28,365 nt of DNA, from positions 1-28,365 of the IMG/VR virus record IMGVR_UViG_3300007637_000013. The stretch is one strand, 5' to 3'. The translations under genes and the position numbers were made by a program. This document shows positions 9,889-18,562 of this stretch, piece after piece. The stretch comes from a virus. Its lineage: Duplodnaviria > Caudoviricetes. Every line of letters begins with the position of its first letter. Position 1 is the stretch's first letter. The notes beneath the pieces were generated by a model, which did not search any database, had not been told where the DNA came from, and was given only the letters and a program-made list of their open reading frames with translations.

Positions 9889-9895
9889 GACCTAT

Positions 9896-9903
9896 TATAA
9901 ATA
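9896..9903 (+). promoter_or_regulatory. T4-type late promoter TATAAATA upstream of gp8
   Basis: Exact consensus in the 50-nt intergenic gap, 35 nt before the ATG at 9939. Confidence 0.8.
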
Positions 9904-9938
9904 ATAAAAACAGTTAACAGTTAGAGTCGAACTTAAAA

Positions 9939-11588
9939 ATGGCAGAAATACTTTCAAATAGCTTTAAAACAGATGTTACCCGATTATTTATTGACGATCT
10001 CGTCACTAATGACTATTGGCTATTTGTTTCTGGGATTGATACCTTCGCACCCGCTGACTCAGTTAAGTCAAAGCGTGAGTTTTTAGAGAAAACTTTATTC
10101 GCTAAGAAAGTAATTGAATCTGATATTCACTTTATGATAAAGTATTACCCTTGGCAGGTTGGCCAAGTATATGTTGAATATGATGATGAAGCAAATTTAA
10201 CTGATCAAAGATTTTATGGAGTTGTTGGTCCAAACGATAATGATACTGGTGACTATCGTGTTTATAAATGTTTAAACAATAATGCTGGTACTACAGCAAC
10301 TACACCACCTAATTATGATGCTACTAACACAACTCAAATTTATTCAACGGCCGATGGTTATGTTTGGAAATATATGTATGTTATTAGCTCATTAGAATTT
10401 GATGCTTATAACGCAATTGGTTATATACCAATTACACCAACACCAGTTCCTAATAATCCAGTAGCAACTACTAACAGTACAATTTCAGATATTGTTGTAA
10501 CCAATCCTGCAGATAACTTTGGATACGTTTTAGAAAGAGGCTCATTTGCCTTGACACCGTTTTCAAGTGGTGTTATAATAGTAGAACCTACAACTACCTT
10601 TAGCCCAATAACAAATTACTATACTGGCCAATACTTATATTCAACAAATCCAAGTAACGGTGTTTCAAGATTATGGCAAATTACTTATTATTCTTATAAC
10701 ACTGCTACAGGTAATGCTGAAATACGAGTTGGTGCAGAATTATTAACAGGTGCTGCTTCTCCAGATATATCTGGTGCTGCAAGTAATGCTAATTTCCAAA
10801 TCTTCCCAAGACTTAAAATTGAGGGTGACGGTACTGGAGCTATAGCAATCCCAAATATTATTGATGGTAGAATAACTAAAATAACTGTATTAAATGAAGG
10901 AAGCAATTATACAAACGCTACTGCAAGTATTGTAGATCCTTCTTATAGTTTTGATCCAGAAGATACTACAACAACCGATATTAGAGCAGAAATACGACCT
11001 CGCTTATCACCTGCTGGAGGCCACGCATTTAATTTAATCGACGATTTCCGTTGTAAGCACTTCTCAATGTATGCTTATATAACTGCCGATGATAATACAA
11101 AGATCGGTGATTCAAATACTTATGGTGGAGTTGGTATTGTACGATCGCCTACGTTTGATACAGGCTTTACTGCAGAAATCGTAGATAACAGAATAGCAAT
11201 AACAACAGACGATTTTGATAAAGTGTCAGCTAATGGTAGTATTATTCAAGTTGATGGTAATAACGAAACTGTTTTTAGTGGCGTAGTACACGAGATTGAC
11301 ACATCAGCAAATACAGTTTATGTTGCTGAATACTTGGGTCCCTATAATAATAACAGCGATACTCAAACAGCTTTCAGTCGATCTGCAAACGACCTGCCAT
11401 TAGATTTAACTTTACCATTTAGAAATGAAACTGGCCAGACAATCAATATAAATACTCCTGTAGGAGACAATGTAATTTTACCCAAATACATACAAAGAAC
11501 CGGCGAAGTTTACTTTATGGAAAACTTCTTCCCACTAGCCCGAACCGACCTATCTCGTGAGGAATTTAAGTTTGTACTGGAATTTTAA
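9939..11588 (+). CDS. gp8: Baseplate wedge subunit gp8
   Basis: 549 aa; W..GQVY.EYDD...YRVYKCLNNN......TTPP......TADGYVWKYMY and C-terminal TGEVYFMENFFPLAR....REEFKFVLEF are gp8 hallmarks. Confidence 0.88.
   Translation: MAEILSNSFKTDVTRLFIDDLVTNDYWLFVSGIDTFAPADSVKSKREFLEKTLFAKKVIESDIHFMIKYYPWQVGQVYVEYDDEANLTDQRFYGVVGPNDNDTGDYRVYKCLNNNAGTTATTPPNYDATNTTQIYSTADGYVWKYMYVISSLEFDAYNAIGYIPITPTPVPNNPVATTNSTISDIVVTNPADNFGYVLERGSFALTPFSSGVIIVEPTTTFSPITNYYTGQYLYSTNPSNGVSRLWQITYYSYNTATGNAEIRVGAELLTGAASPDISGAASNANFQIFPRLKIEGDGTGAIAIPNIIDGRITKITVLNEGSNYTNATASIVDPSYSFDPEDTTTTDIRAEIRPRLSPAGGHAFNLIDDFRCKHFSMYAYITADDNTKIGDSNTYGGVGIVRSPTFDTGFTAEIVDNRIAITTDDFDKVSANGSIIQVDGNNETVFSGVVHEIDTSANTVYVAEYLGPYNNNSDTQTAFSRSANDLPLDLTLPFRNETGQTININTPVGDNVILPKYIQRTGEVYFMENFFPLARTDLSREEFKFVLEF
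11447..11454 (+). promoter_or_regulatory. T4-type late promoter TATAAATA inside the 3' end of gp8, upstream of the VrlC-like gene
   Basis: Exact consensus about 150 nt upstream of the ATG at 11602. Confidence 0.55.
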
Positions 11589-11601
11589 GGAAATAAAATA
11601 A

Positions 11602-14600
11602 ATGCCTATTAACACAAATCTCAACCAATCGCCTTATTTTGACGATTACGATCAAGATAAGCAGTTTAATCGCATTTTGTTCAAGCCCGGCTTTGCGGTT
11701 CAAGCGCGTGAGTTAACACAGCTTCAGTCTATACTTCAGAACCAAGTTCAGCAATTTGGTGATAATGTATTTAAAGAAGGTAGCATCGTTAAAGGATGTA
11801 CCTTTACTGATATCGACGGTTTACAATATGTTAAACTGAGAGAAGGTACTGTTACCGCGTTCGACCCAACTTTATATGTAAGTAAAGTTGTAACAGAACC
11901 AGTTACTGGCGGTGCAGAGCAAGAGGTCGACTATGTATATAAAATTACTGGTCAAACATCTCAGCTTCAAGCACAAATTGTTGCAGCAGTAAGAGGTTCT
12001 CAAGGTACTTCAGCTGCCAACGCGCCAAATAATACATTCTTTATTAAATACTTAAATACTACTACAAGTTATTCACAGTTTAGTCAAGGTGAGAAGTTTG
12101 ATATTACGTTAACTAAATACAAGCGTGGTACTGGTGTTCCTGTAAACCCCATTCAACCTATTACTCTTCCTACAGTTGGTACAGACACTGTAACTATTTG
12201 GAATGACAGTGACGCAGTTGGTAAAGCATTCGGTATCGAATCATCTCCAGGCGTACTCTTCCAAAAGGGTCACTTTATTTATGCTGAAGAACAAGTATTA
12301 ATTATAGAAAATTATAGTAATATTCCCGCAGATAAATCTGTTGGTTTCCGTATTGCAGAAAATACAATTAACGCTCTTGTTGATGATTCGTTATACGATA
12401 ATGCTTTCGGATCTAAAAACCAAAATGCACCTGGTGCAGACAGATTACAATTAGTTCCTCAATTAGTAGTTAAAACTCCTGCAGAAGCAAAAGAAGATGC
12501 TGATTTCTTTGCACTCATTCGTTATCAGAACGGAAACGCAGTTACATTGAGAGATGTATCTCAGTATAATGTTCTTGGTGAAGAATTAGCAAGAAGAACA
12601 TACGAAGAATCAGGTAACTACATATTAGAAACATTCCCAGTACGAAGCGATGACAGAATACCTCAAGGCGAAGCTAATAGTAAAGTACACGCACTAGTCG
12701 GTCAAGGAGTTGCTTATGTTAAAGGTTTCCGTGTAGAAAATAGTGGTGAACGATCATTTGAAATTGATCAAATAACAAATACAGATATACTTAATAATCA
12801 ATCTATTGCTACTGAATATGGTCACTACGTTAAAGTTACTTCTGGTCTTGGACATGTTGATATTGACTGGACACCAATTGATTTACAAAATTCAGGCGGA
12901 TCAAAAATTGGTGAAGCAGTTGCTATTAACGTAACACCAACAAGATTATACCTTGCAAATATTTCAATGTCTGGAAGTATCGGAGACTTAGCCAAAGTAT
13001 CAGATGGTAATGGTGTTATTGAAGTTGGTAATGTTTTACAATCAGCTGCAAATAAAGCACTAATATTTCCTTCTGGCTTAATCAGTACTTTTGATATGAC
13101 AGATACTCTAATACCTGTCCGTACTAAAGCAGAAGTTACACATACTGGTGGTGCAATTACAATTACTGCAAACTCTGGCGAAGACTTTATTTGCTCAAAC
13201 TCTAAAGAAGATATTTTAGTTGTAGAAAAAACTACTAATGTGTTTAGAGCAGTCTCAGCAGTAACAGTTACTAATAACAATTCAGAATTAAATATTACTA
13301 TTGACGCTGGCGCAGCAAGCCCAGTGTATGTTTACTATAATAAGAGATTAGTTGGTTCTGCAAACGGTATTGATTCTTATAATAAAATTGTAAGAGAGCC
13401 GTATGTTAAAGTAAATTACTCAGGTAATGCTACTCCTGCTAATACAAAATATAGTTTAGGTTTCCCAGACGTATTTGAAATAACAGAAATTAAAACTTTA
13501 GGTACAGGCCCTGGTGGAATTGACGAAGACTTTACAGGAAGTTTCAGATTAAAACGAAATCAAAAAGATCAGTTCTATGACTTATCTTATATTGAGTATA
13601 TAAACGGTCGACCAAAACCTCTAGATGGAACTGGAAATCTTTACATTAAAATGAAAGTATTTGAGTGCGACGGGTCCACTGGTGGCTACTTCTTTAATAT
13701 TAATAGTTATCCGAATACCCTTGATCGAAATGACATACCGGTTCATGTAGGTGACTCTGGTGGACTATACAACCTTAGAGACAGCTTAGACTTCAGGCCT
13801 CACTGTGACAAAGACTCAGCAGCTAACTATGGTATAACAACTACTGGTGCAGCACCAAGTATTACAGCTGCTGTGGGTTCAACAATACCAACATTTGCAG
13901 ATAAAGGCGCTCCACTAATACCAACGTTTACTGATGGTGTTACAACAGATATCGAGCATTACTTAACTCGTGTTGATACTATTACAGTTAACTCTTACGG
14001 CGATATAAGTTTAATTAAAGGTAAGGAAGCACGATTTGCAGTTCCACCTCAACTTGAAACTGATAAACTAGCGATCGCCCAAGTTAGTGTTCCTGGTTAC
14101 CCTGCCTTATCATCTAAGGATGCTGATAGTCAAGGGAAGCGACAATATGCTATCGCTATGAAGCCAACAGGAATTAAAAACTATACCATGAAAGATCTAC
14201 ACTCATTAGAGAAAAAGATCGATAACATGGCATACTATATCTCATTAAATCAATTAGAATCTGATACACAGAATATAACAGTACTTGATGAAAATGGACT
14301 ATCAAGATTTAAGAATGGTTTTATTGTAGATCCGTTTAATAACTTATCTCTAGCAGATATTGGTAATCCAGAGTTTAAAGCAGCTGTTCCATTTAACCAA
14401 AAGATTTTAACTCCAGCTCTAAACACATTCCCATTGGATCTTAAATATAAGTCAAGCACATCTTCTACTATATTCCCTAGTGTATCAAAGCCAAGTGTTG
14501 CTACTTTAACAAGAGATTCAAATGTTGATATTATAGAACAACCATACGCTACTAATTTCAGAAATTGTGTGTCTAACTTCTACAAATATGCAGGTGAAGG

Positions 14601-17079
14601 TGTTATCTCACCCCCGTATGACGCTGCTTACGATACAACAACAAACCCTGTTACTTTAGATATAGATCTTACAAGTCACTTTGAAGAATTCGTTGATGAG
14701 ATTCAAGCATTCTTGCCTATGACTGATACAAGAACAATAAACGTGACGCCGACAGACAATTTTCTATTTTTTCAGGCACAACGCGCGGCGCGGCGCAATG
14801 GAACACCATGGCCCTTACAGGAGCAAATTGTAACAACTACAAGAGAAATAGAGGTTGGAGAACAAGTTATAAGCGCACCTGTTGGTGACTTTGTATCTAA
14901 CTTCTCGTTCGAGCCGTTCATGGCCTCTCGTGATATTAAGATTTATATGTCAGGATTGAGACCAAACACTGAGCATTACTTCTTCTTTGATGGGGTTGAT
15001 GTCAATGCCCATATTGCTAAAGGTACTCCAACTGCAAATGTTGTTGAAGATATTGAAAGGTTTGGTGACAAAGGTATCACTTCAATTGCAACTGACTCAA
15101 CTGGTGTATTAAGAGCAGTATTCCATATACCAGCTGGAACATTCTATGTTGGAGATCGAGTATTAGAGATTGTTGATGTCAACCAGTATTCAAGCATTGA
15201 TAGTGGTGCTACTTCTAAAGGTTTCGTAACATACCGTGCCTATAACTTCTCTATTGAAAAATCATCACTTACTACTTCAACTCGTGCACCAACATTTGAT
15301 ATTAATAGTACTACAACTTTTAGAAATGTAACTCGAAGAATACGTGGTCGTGATCCAATTGCTCAAACCTTCTTTATAAAGAAAGGTATGGGTTCAGGCT
15401 CAAATTCAATCTTCTTATCTGAAGTAGACGTATACTTTAAACGCGTTAGTGCAGATAATGGTATTACTTTACAAATACGTGAAGTTATTAATGGTTTCCC
15501 AACAAACCAAATTATTCCATTCTCAAAAGTACATAAATTACCAGCAAATCTTACTTCAGCTGTTAGTGATGACGCTTCAGTAGCAACTACATTTACTTTC
15601 GAGGCACCAGTTAGACTTGATGTTGAAAAAGAATATTGTTTAGTATTACAGCCTGATGCTTCAGATCCTAATTATTTAGTATTCATATCTAAAGTTGGTG
15701 GGCTTGACTTAACGCCTGGTTCATCTCAAGGAACTGCGATCGTGCAGGATTGGGGTGACGGTGTATTATTCAGTTCAACAAACAACAGCGCATGGCAATC
15801 TTACCAAGACGAAGATATGAAGTTTACTCTACGTAGACATAACTTCAGTGCTTCTACTGGTTCTGTTACATTAACAAATAACGATAATGAGTTTTTAACC
15901 TTAAACAATATTACGCCATCTGTTTCATCTAATTACTTTATTCCTGGTGAAGTTGTTTATTCTGTTAAAGAAACTGCTGGTGCAACAGCAAATACTGGTG
16001 GAGTTACTTCAAATTCTACAACTGTTTCACAAACAGCAGCTGATCAAACATATGTTATCGGTGACTTTGTTAAAATTATAAGTGGAGCTAATATTCAAAT
16101 AGCTGAGGTTGTTAATATACCAAATGCAGACTCTTTTGTAATTAAATCGCCATGGCCGTACGCTACTGCAACAGGTATTGATATTAATCCAGTTGTAAAA
16201 GGTAATATTTCAAATTATAATACAAGAACACCTGGCACACTACAACTTGAAGCAAGTTCTGCTACAGCAACTAAAAACTTTGTTTCAACAGAAACTGTTA
16301 CAGGTTTTGATAGTAAAGTATCTGCAATAATTACATCAGTTGATAATATCAATTTAAGTTATGTTCAGCCAATGATTATGAGAGCAAATGATTCAGTATC
16401 TACTACTTCACTAGACGGTACACTCGTGCCACCAAGTGCTATAAATACTACATACACATCTACATTAGCCTTTAATGATAATAATCATTTTAGTCAGAAC
16501 GGTGCGATAGTTTATAGTAAATCAAATGATCCAACTCGATCTAAAGCGTTTGACTTTATCGTTAATATGGAAAATGCAAGTAATGTAACTTCTACACCGT
16601 TTATTGATATTGAAGCATCTAAGTTGATCGCTTATCAATACACACTTGACACAGACCAAGCAGAGTCTAGTAATTATATTTCTAAACCTGTTGAACTTGC
16701 TAGTGATTTAGACGCTGAAGATATACATGTGTATGTAACTGGTTATAGACCGGTTAATTCAGATATTAAAGTCTATATTAAAGCTCAAAATGCTTTTGAT
16801 TCAGCGGACTTAGATTCTCTCGGCTGGACTGAATTAGAAATGTTTGAAGGAGTGGGTACATTCTCATCTAATTCAAATATTAGAGATTATAGAGAGTTCC
16901 AATACAGAATACCTGCAACTGCTAAAGTTGGTGGTCTACCTAGTGGAGCTCATACGTACACCTCAAGTAATGGTACATTTAATGAATTTAGAAGGTTTAA
17001 GATTAAAATTGCTTTAACTTCATCTAATATTCACAATGCTCCTACTTTAAGAGATTATAGAGCTATAGCTCTCACATAG
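11602..17079 (+). CDS. Large virion structural protein, VrlC-like / DUF4815 family
   Basis: 1825 aa; N-terminus TNLNQSPYFDDYD..KQFNRILFKPGFAVQARELTQLQSILQNQVQQFG, NAPGADRL, LARRTYEESGNY, RFKNGFIVDPF, DPIAQTFF and C-terminal P.LRDYRAIALT are typical of this marine T4-like family, which follows gp8. Confidence 0.85.
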   Translation: MPINTNLNQSPYFDDYDQDKQFNRILFKPGFAVQARELTQLQSILQNQVQQFGDNVFKEGSIVKGCTFTDIDGLQYVKLREGTVTAFDPTLYVSKVVTEPVTGGAEQEVDYVYKITGQTSQLQAQIVAAVRGSQGTSAANAPNNTFFIKYLNTTTSYSQFSQGEKFDITLTKYKRGTGVPVNPIQPITLPTVGTDTVTIWNDSDAVGKAFGIESSPGVLFQKGHFIYAEEQVLIIENYSNIPADKSVGFRIAENTINALVDDSLYDNAFGSKNQNAPGADRLQLVPQLVVKTPAEAKEDADFFALIRYQNGNAVTLRDVSQYNVLGEELARRTYEESGNYILETFPVRSDDRIPQGEANSKVHALVGQGVAYVKGFRVENSGERSFEIDQITNTDILNNQSIATEYGHYVKVTSGLGHVDIDWTPIDLQNSGGSKIGEAVAINVTPTRLYLANISMSGSIGDLAKVSDGNGVIEVGNVLQSAANKALIFPSGLISTFDMTDTLIPVRTKAEVTHTGGAITITANSGEDFICSNSKEDILVVEKTTNVFRAVSAVTVTNNNSELNITIDAGAASPVYVYYNKRLVGSANGIDSYNKIVREPYVKVNYSGNATPANTKYSLGFPDVFEITEIKTLGTGPGGIDEDFTGSFRLKRNQKDQFYDLSYIEYINGRPKPLDGTGNLYIKMKVFECDGSTGGYFFNINSYPNTLDRNDIPVHVGDSGGLYNLRDSLDFRPHCDKDSAANYGITTTGAAPSITAAVGSTIPTFADKGAPLIPTFTDGVTTDIEHYLTRVDTITVNSYGDISLIKGKEARFAVPPQLETDKLAIAQVSVPGYPALSSKDADSQGKRQYAIAMKPTGIKNYTMKDLHSLEKKIDNMAYYISLNQLESDTQNITVLDENGLSRFKNGFIVDPFNNLSLADIGNPEFKAAVPFNQKILTPALNTFPLDLKYKSSTSSTIFPSVSKPSVATLTRDSNVDIIEQPYATNFRNCVSNFYKYAGEGVISPPYDAAYDTTTNPVTLDIDLTSHFEEFVDEIQAFLPMTDTRTINVTPTDNFLFFQAQRAARRNGTPWPLQEQIVTTTREIEVGEQVISAPVGDFVSNFSFEPFMASRDIKIYMSGLRPNTEHYFFFDGVDVNAHIAKGTPTANVVEDIERFGDKGITSIATDSTGVLRAVFHIPAGTFYVGDRVLEIVDVNQYSSIDSGATSKGFVTYRAYNFSIEKSSLTTSTRAPTFDINSTTTFRNVTRRIRGRDPIAQTFFIKKGMGSGSNSIFLSEVDVYFKRVSADNGITLQIREVINGFPTNQIIPFSKVHKLPANLTSAVSDDASVATTFTFEAPVRLDVEKEYCLVLQPDASDPNYLVFISKVGGLDLTPGSSQGTAIVQDWGDGVLFSSTNNSAWQSYQDEDMKFTLRRHNFSASTGSVTLTNNDNEFLTLNNITPSVSSNYFIPGEVVYSVKETAGATANTGGVTSNSTTVSQTAADQTYVIGDFVKIISGANIQIAEVVNIPNADSFVIKSPWPYATATGIDINPVVKGNISNYNTRTPGTLQLEASSATATKNFVSTETVTGFDSKVSAIITSVDNINLSYVQPMIMRANDSVSTTSLDGTLVPPSAINTTYTSTLAFNDNNHFSQNGAIVYSKSNDPTRSKAFDFIVNMENASNVTSTPFIDIEASKLIAYQYTLDTDQAESSNYISKPVELASDLDAEDIHVYVTGYRPVNSDIKVYIKAQNAFDSADLDSLGWTELEMFEGVGTFSSNSNIRDYREFQYRIPATAKVGGLPSGAHTYTSSNGTFNEFRRFKIKIALTSSNIHNAPTLRDYRAIALT
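16440..16447 (+). promoter_or_regulatory. Possible intragenic late promoter TATAAATA
   Basis: Exact consensus about 650 nt upstream of the 17091 gene; could be chance. Confidence 0.35.
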
Positions 17080-17090
17080 GACTGATTAAA

Positions 17091-17276
17091 ATGAGTGATT
17101 TAAAAAGAGATTCAATATCTGGAGCAATAATAAACAACGATGCGTCTGCGCTGAATAAATATAAAGTAGAGCGGAGTTATTATCGTAAAGTAGACAAGCT
17201 ACAAGACGATATTTTAGAAATCAAGCGCAGTATAATCTCTATATACGAAAGAATCGAAAAACTGGAAAACAAGTAA
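17091..17276 (+). CDS. Small conserved T4-like phage protein (coiled-coil C-terminus)
   Basis: 61 aa; LKRDSISGAIINND motif resembles the small protein that follows VrlC-like genes in marine T4-like phages; AGGA RBS; TAATG overlap with the next gene. Confidence 0.75.
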   Translation: MSDLKRDSISGAIINNDASALNKYKVERSYYRKVDKLQDDILEIKRSIISIYERIEKLENK

Positions 17277-18502
17277 TGGCAAAGGCTAATTTACAGAATA
17301 TTACAACCTCTGGTACATTCCAGAACTGGTTTGATAAAACCAATGAGATTGTAAATATTATTAAGACTGATACTCTTACCGCTGGTGGTGATACTACTAA
17401 CGGTAATGCTACTTTAGTTGGTAATTTTACAGCAACTAACGTTATTGCTAATACTTTATTACAAACTGATGGTATCGGGCCAAAAACTGGTGGAGCTACT
17501 ATTCAAGTAAATAGTGACACTAAAATTAATGGTACTTCTCAAAACGCTTTAATAGTTTCTCATGGTACTGGTGGACAAGCACAATTTACAAACGGTAGTA
17601 TTACTTGGAATGCAGGTCTTAAAGACAGCGGCGGAAATTTCATTATCGATACTGGTGCTGGTGATGATAAATTTAGTCTAGCAACCAACGGTATGCTTAC
17701 TGTACCTAATATTACAGTTACTGAAGATGTTACTGCTAGAGCCTTTTATGGTGATGGTTCAAATTTAACAGGTGTCGTATCAGCTGTTGGTATTAATGAT
17801 ATTACAGATGTTACAATTACTAGCCCTTCAGCTAACCAGGTTTTAAAATATAACGGAAGCGCTTGGGTTAACGGTACAGATGCTAGTGCTGATCCTGGAA
17901 TACAAGACAGTTATCAAGGTGGTTCATTTATTACAACTGGTTCAGTTTCTGGTGAAGAAAAAGCCTTCATTACAGGCAAGAGACTAATTAATGTACCATT
18001 CGGAGTTCTTAAAAGTAGTTGGAATGATGTTGCCTACGAAGTACTTACTTGGGGCCCAAGTGGTATTAGTGTAAACGGTTACGGATATTTTAATGATGAT
18101 GTTCAAGTCCGTGATGGTAATGTTACTGTTTATAGCAACAACACTATCAAAGCATTCATTGATACAACAGGTAACGGATACTTTACTGGTGACGTAACAA
18201 CAAACGGTTCTGCGTCAGACGAAAGATTAAAAGAAAATATAAAGCCTCTTGAAAAAGGTTTGAAAACAATAGAACAAATAAAGACGTATACGTTTAACTA
18301 TAAAAACAAGCCTCAGGATACGCATCCTGGTGTTATTGCGCAGGAAATCGAAAAGCTGGTTCCTGAAGTAGTCTATGATGTTGAGATGGAAGAGGGTACG
18401 CGTAAAGCAGTGAGATACCAACAATTGGTTCCATTGCTAATAAATGCAATCAAAGAGCTAAGCGATAAGGTAAATGATTTAGAAGATCGGTTAAAATCGT
18501 AA
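17276..18502 (+). CDS. Tail fibre protein with C-terminal intramolecular chaperone (peptidase S74) domain
   Basis: N-terminal TFQNWFDKTNEI attachment motif, INDITDVTITSPSANQVLKYNGSAWVNG fibre motif, and from 18215 SDERLKENIKPL...GVIAQEIEKLVPEVV...VRYQQLVPLLINAIKEL, the S74 autocleavage chaperone signature. Confidence 0.88.
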   Translation: MAKANLQNITTSGTFQNWFDKTNEIVNIIKTDTLTAGGDTTNGNATLVGNFTATNVIANTLLQTDGIGPKTGGATIQVNSDTKINGTSQNALIVSHGTGGQAQFTNGSITWNAGLKDSGGNFIIDTGAGDDKFSLATNGMLTVPNITVTEDVTARAFYGDGSNLTGVVSAVGINDITDVTITSPSANQVLKYNGSAWVNGTDASADPGIQDSYQGGSFITTGSVSGEEKAFITGKRLINVPFGVLKSSWNDVAYEVLTWGPSGISVNGYGYFNDDVQVRDGNVTVYSNNTIKAFIDTTGNGYFTGDVTTNGSASDERLKENIKPLEKGLKTIEQIKTYTFNYKNKPQDTHPGVIAQEIEKLVPEVVYDVEMEEGTRKAVRYQQLVPLLINAIKELSDKVNDLEDRLKS

Positions 18503-18525
18503 TTCGTAATGAGTACTTGAGTACT
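18497..18525. repeat. Two adjacent short tandem duplications (TCGTAAT x2, TGAGTACT x2)
   Basis: tcgtaat tcgtaat (18497-18510) followed by tgagtact tgagtact (18510-18525), immediately before the late promoter box. Confidence 0.7.
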
Positions 18526-18531
18526 GACCTA

Positions 18532-18538
18532 ATAAATA
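18532..18538 (+). promoter_or_regulatory. Late promoter-like box ATAAATA upstream of the giant ORF
   Basis: (TA)ATAAATA 24 nt before the ATG at 18563, followed by an AAGGGA RBS-like element; same context as at 6112-6120. Confidence 0.65.
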
Positions 18539-18562
18539 ATAGATAAAAGGGAATAAGATTAA

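Noticed and set aside
916-14459. Minus-strand ORFs 916..1236, 2290..2484, 3226..3450, 6542..6733, 10694..10906, 12825..13280, 14250..14459 and plus-strand 9038..9310
   Set aside because: All overlap well-supported structural genes, lack recognisable motifs and look like antisense or off-frame shadows.
18215-18502. Apparently higher G/C at third codon positions in the S74 domain, suggesting a recent module swap
   Set aside because: Impression only; not quantifiable by eye over so short a region.
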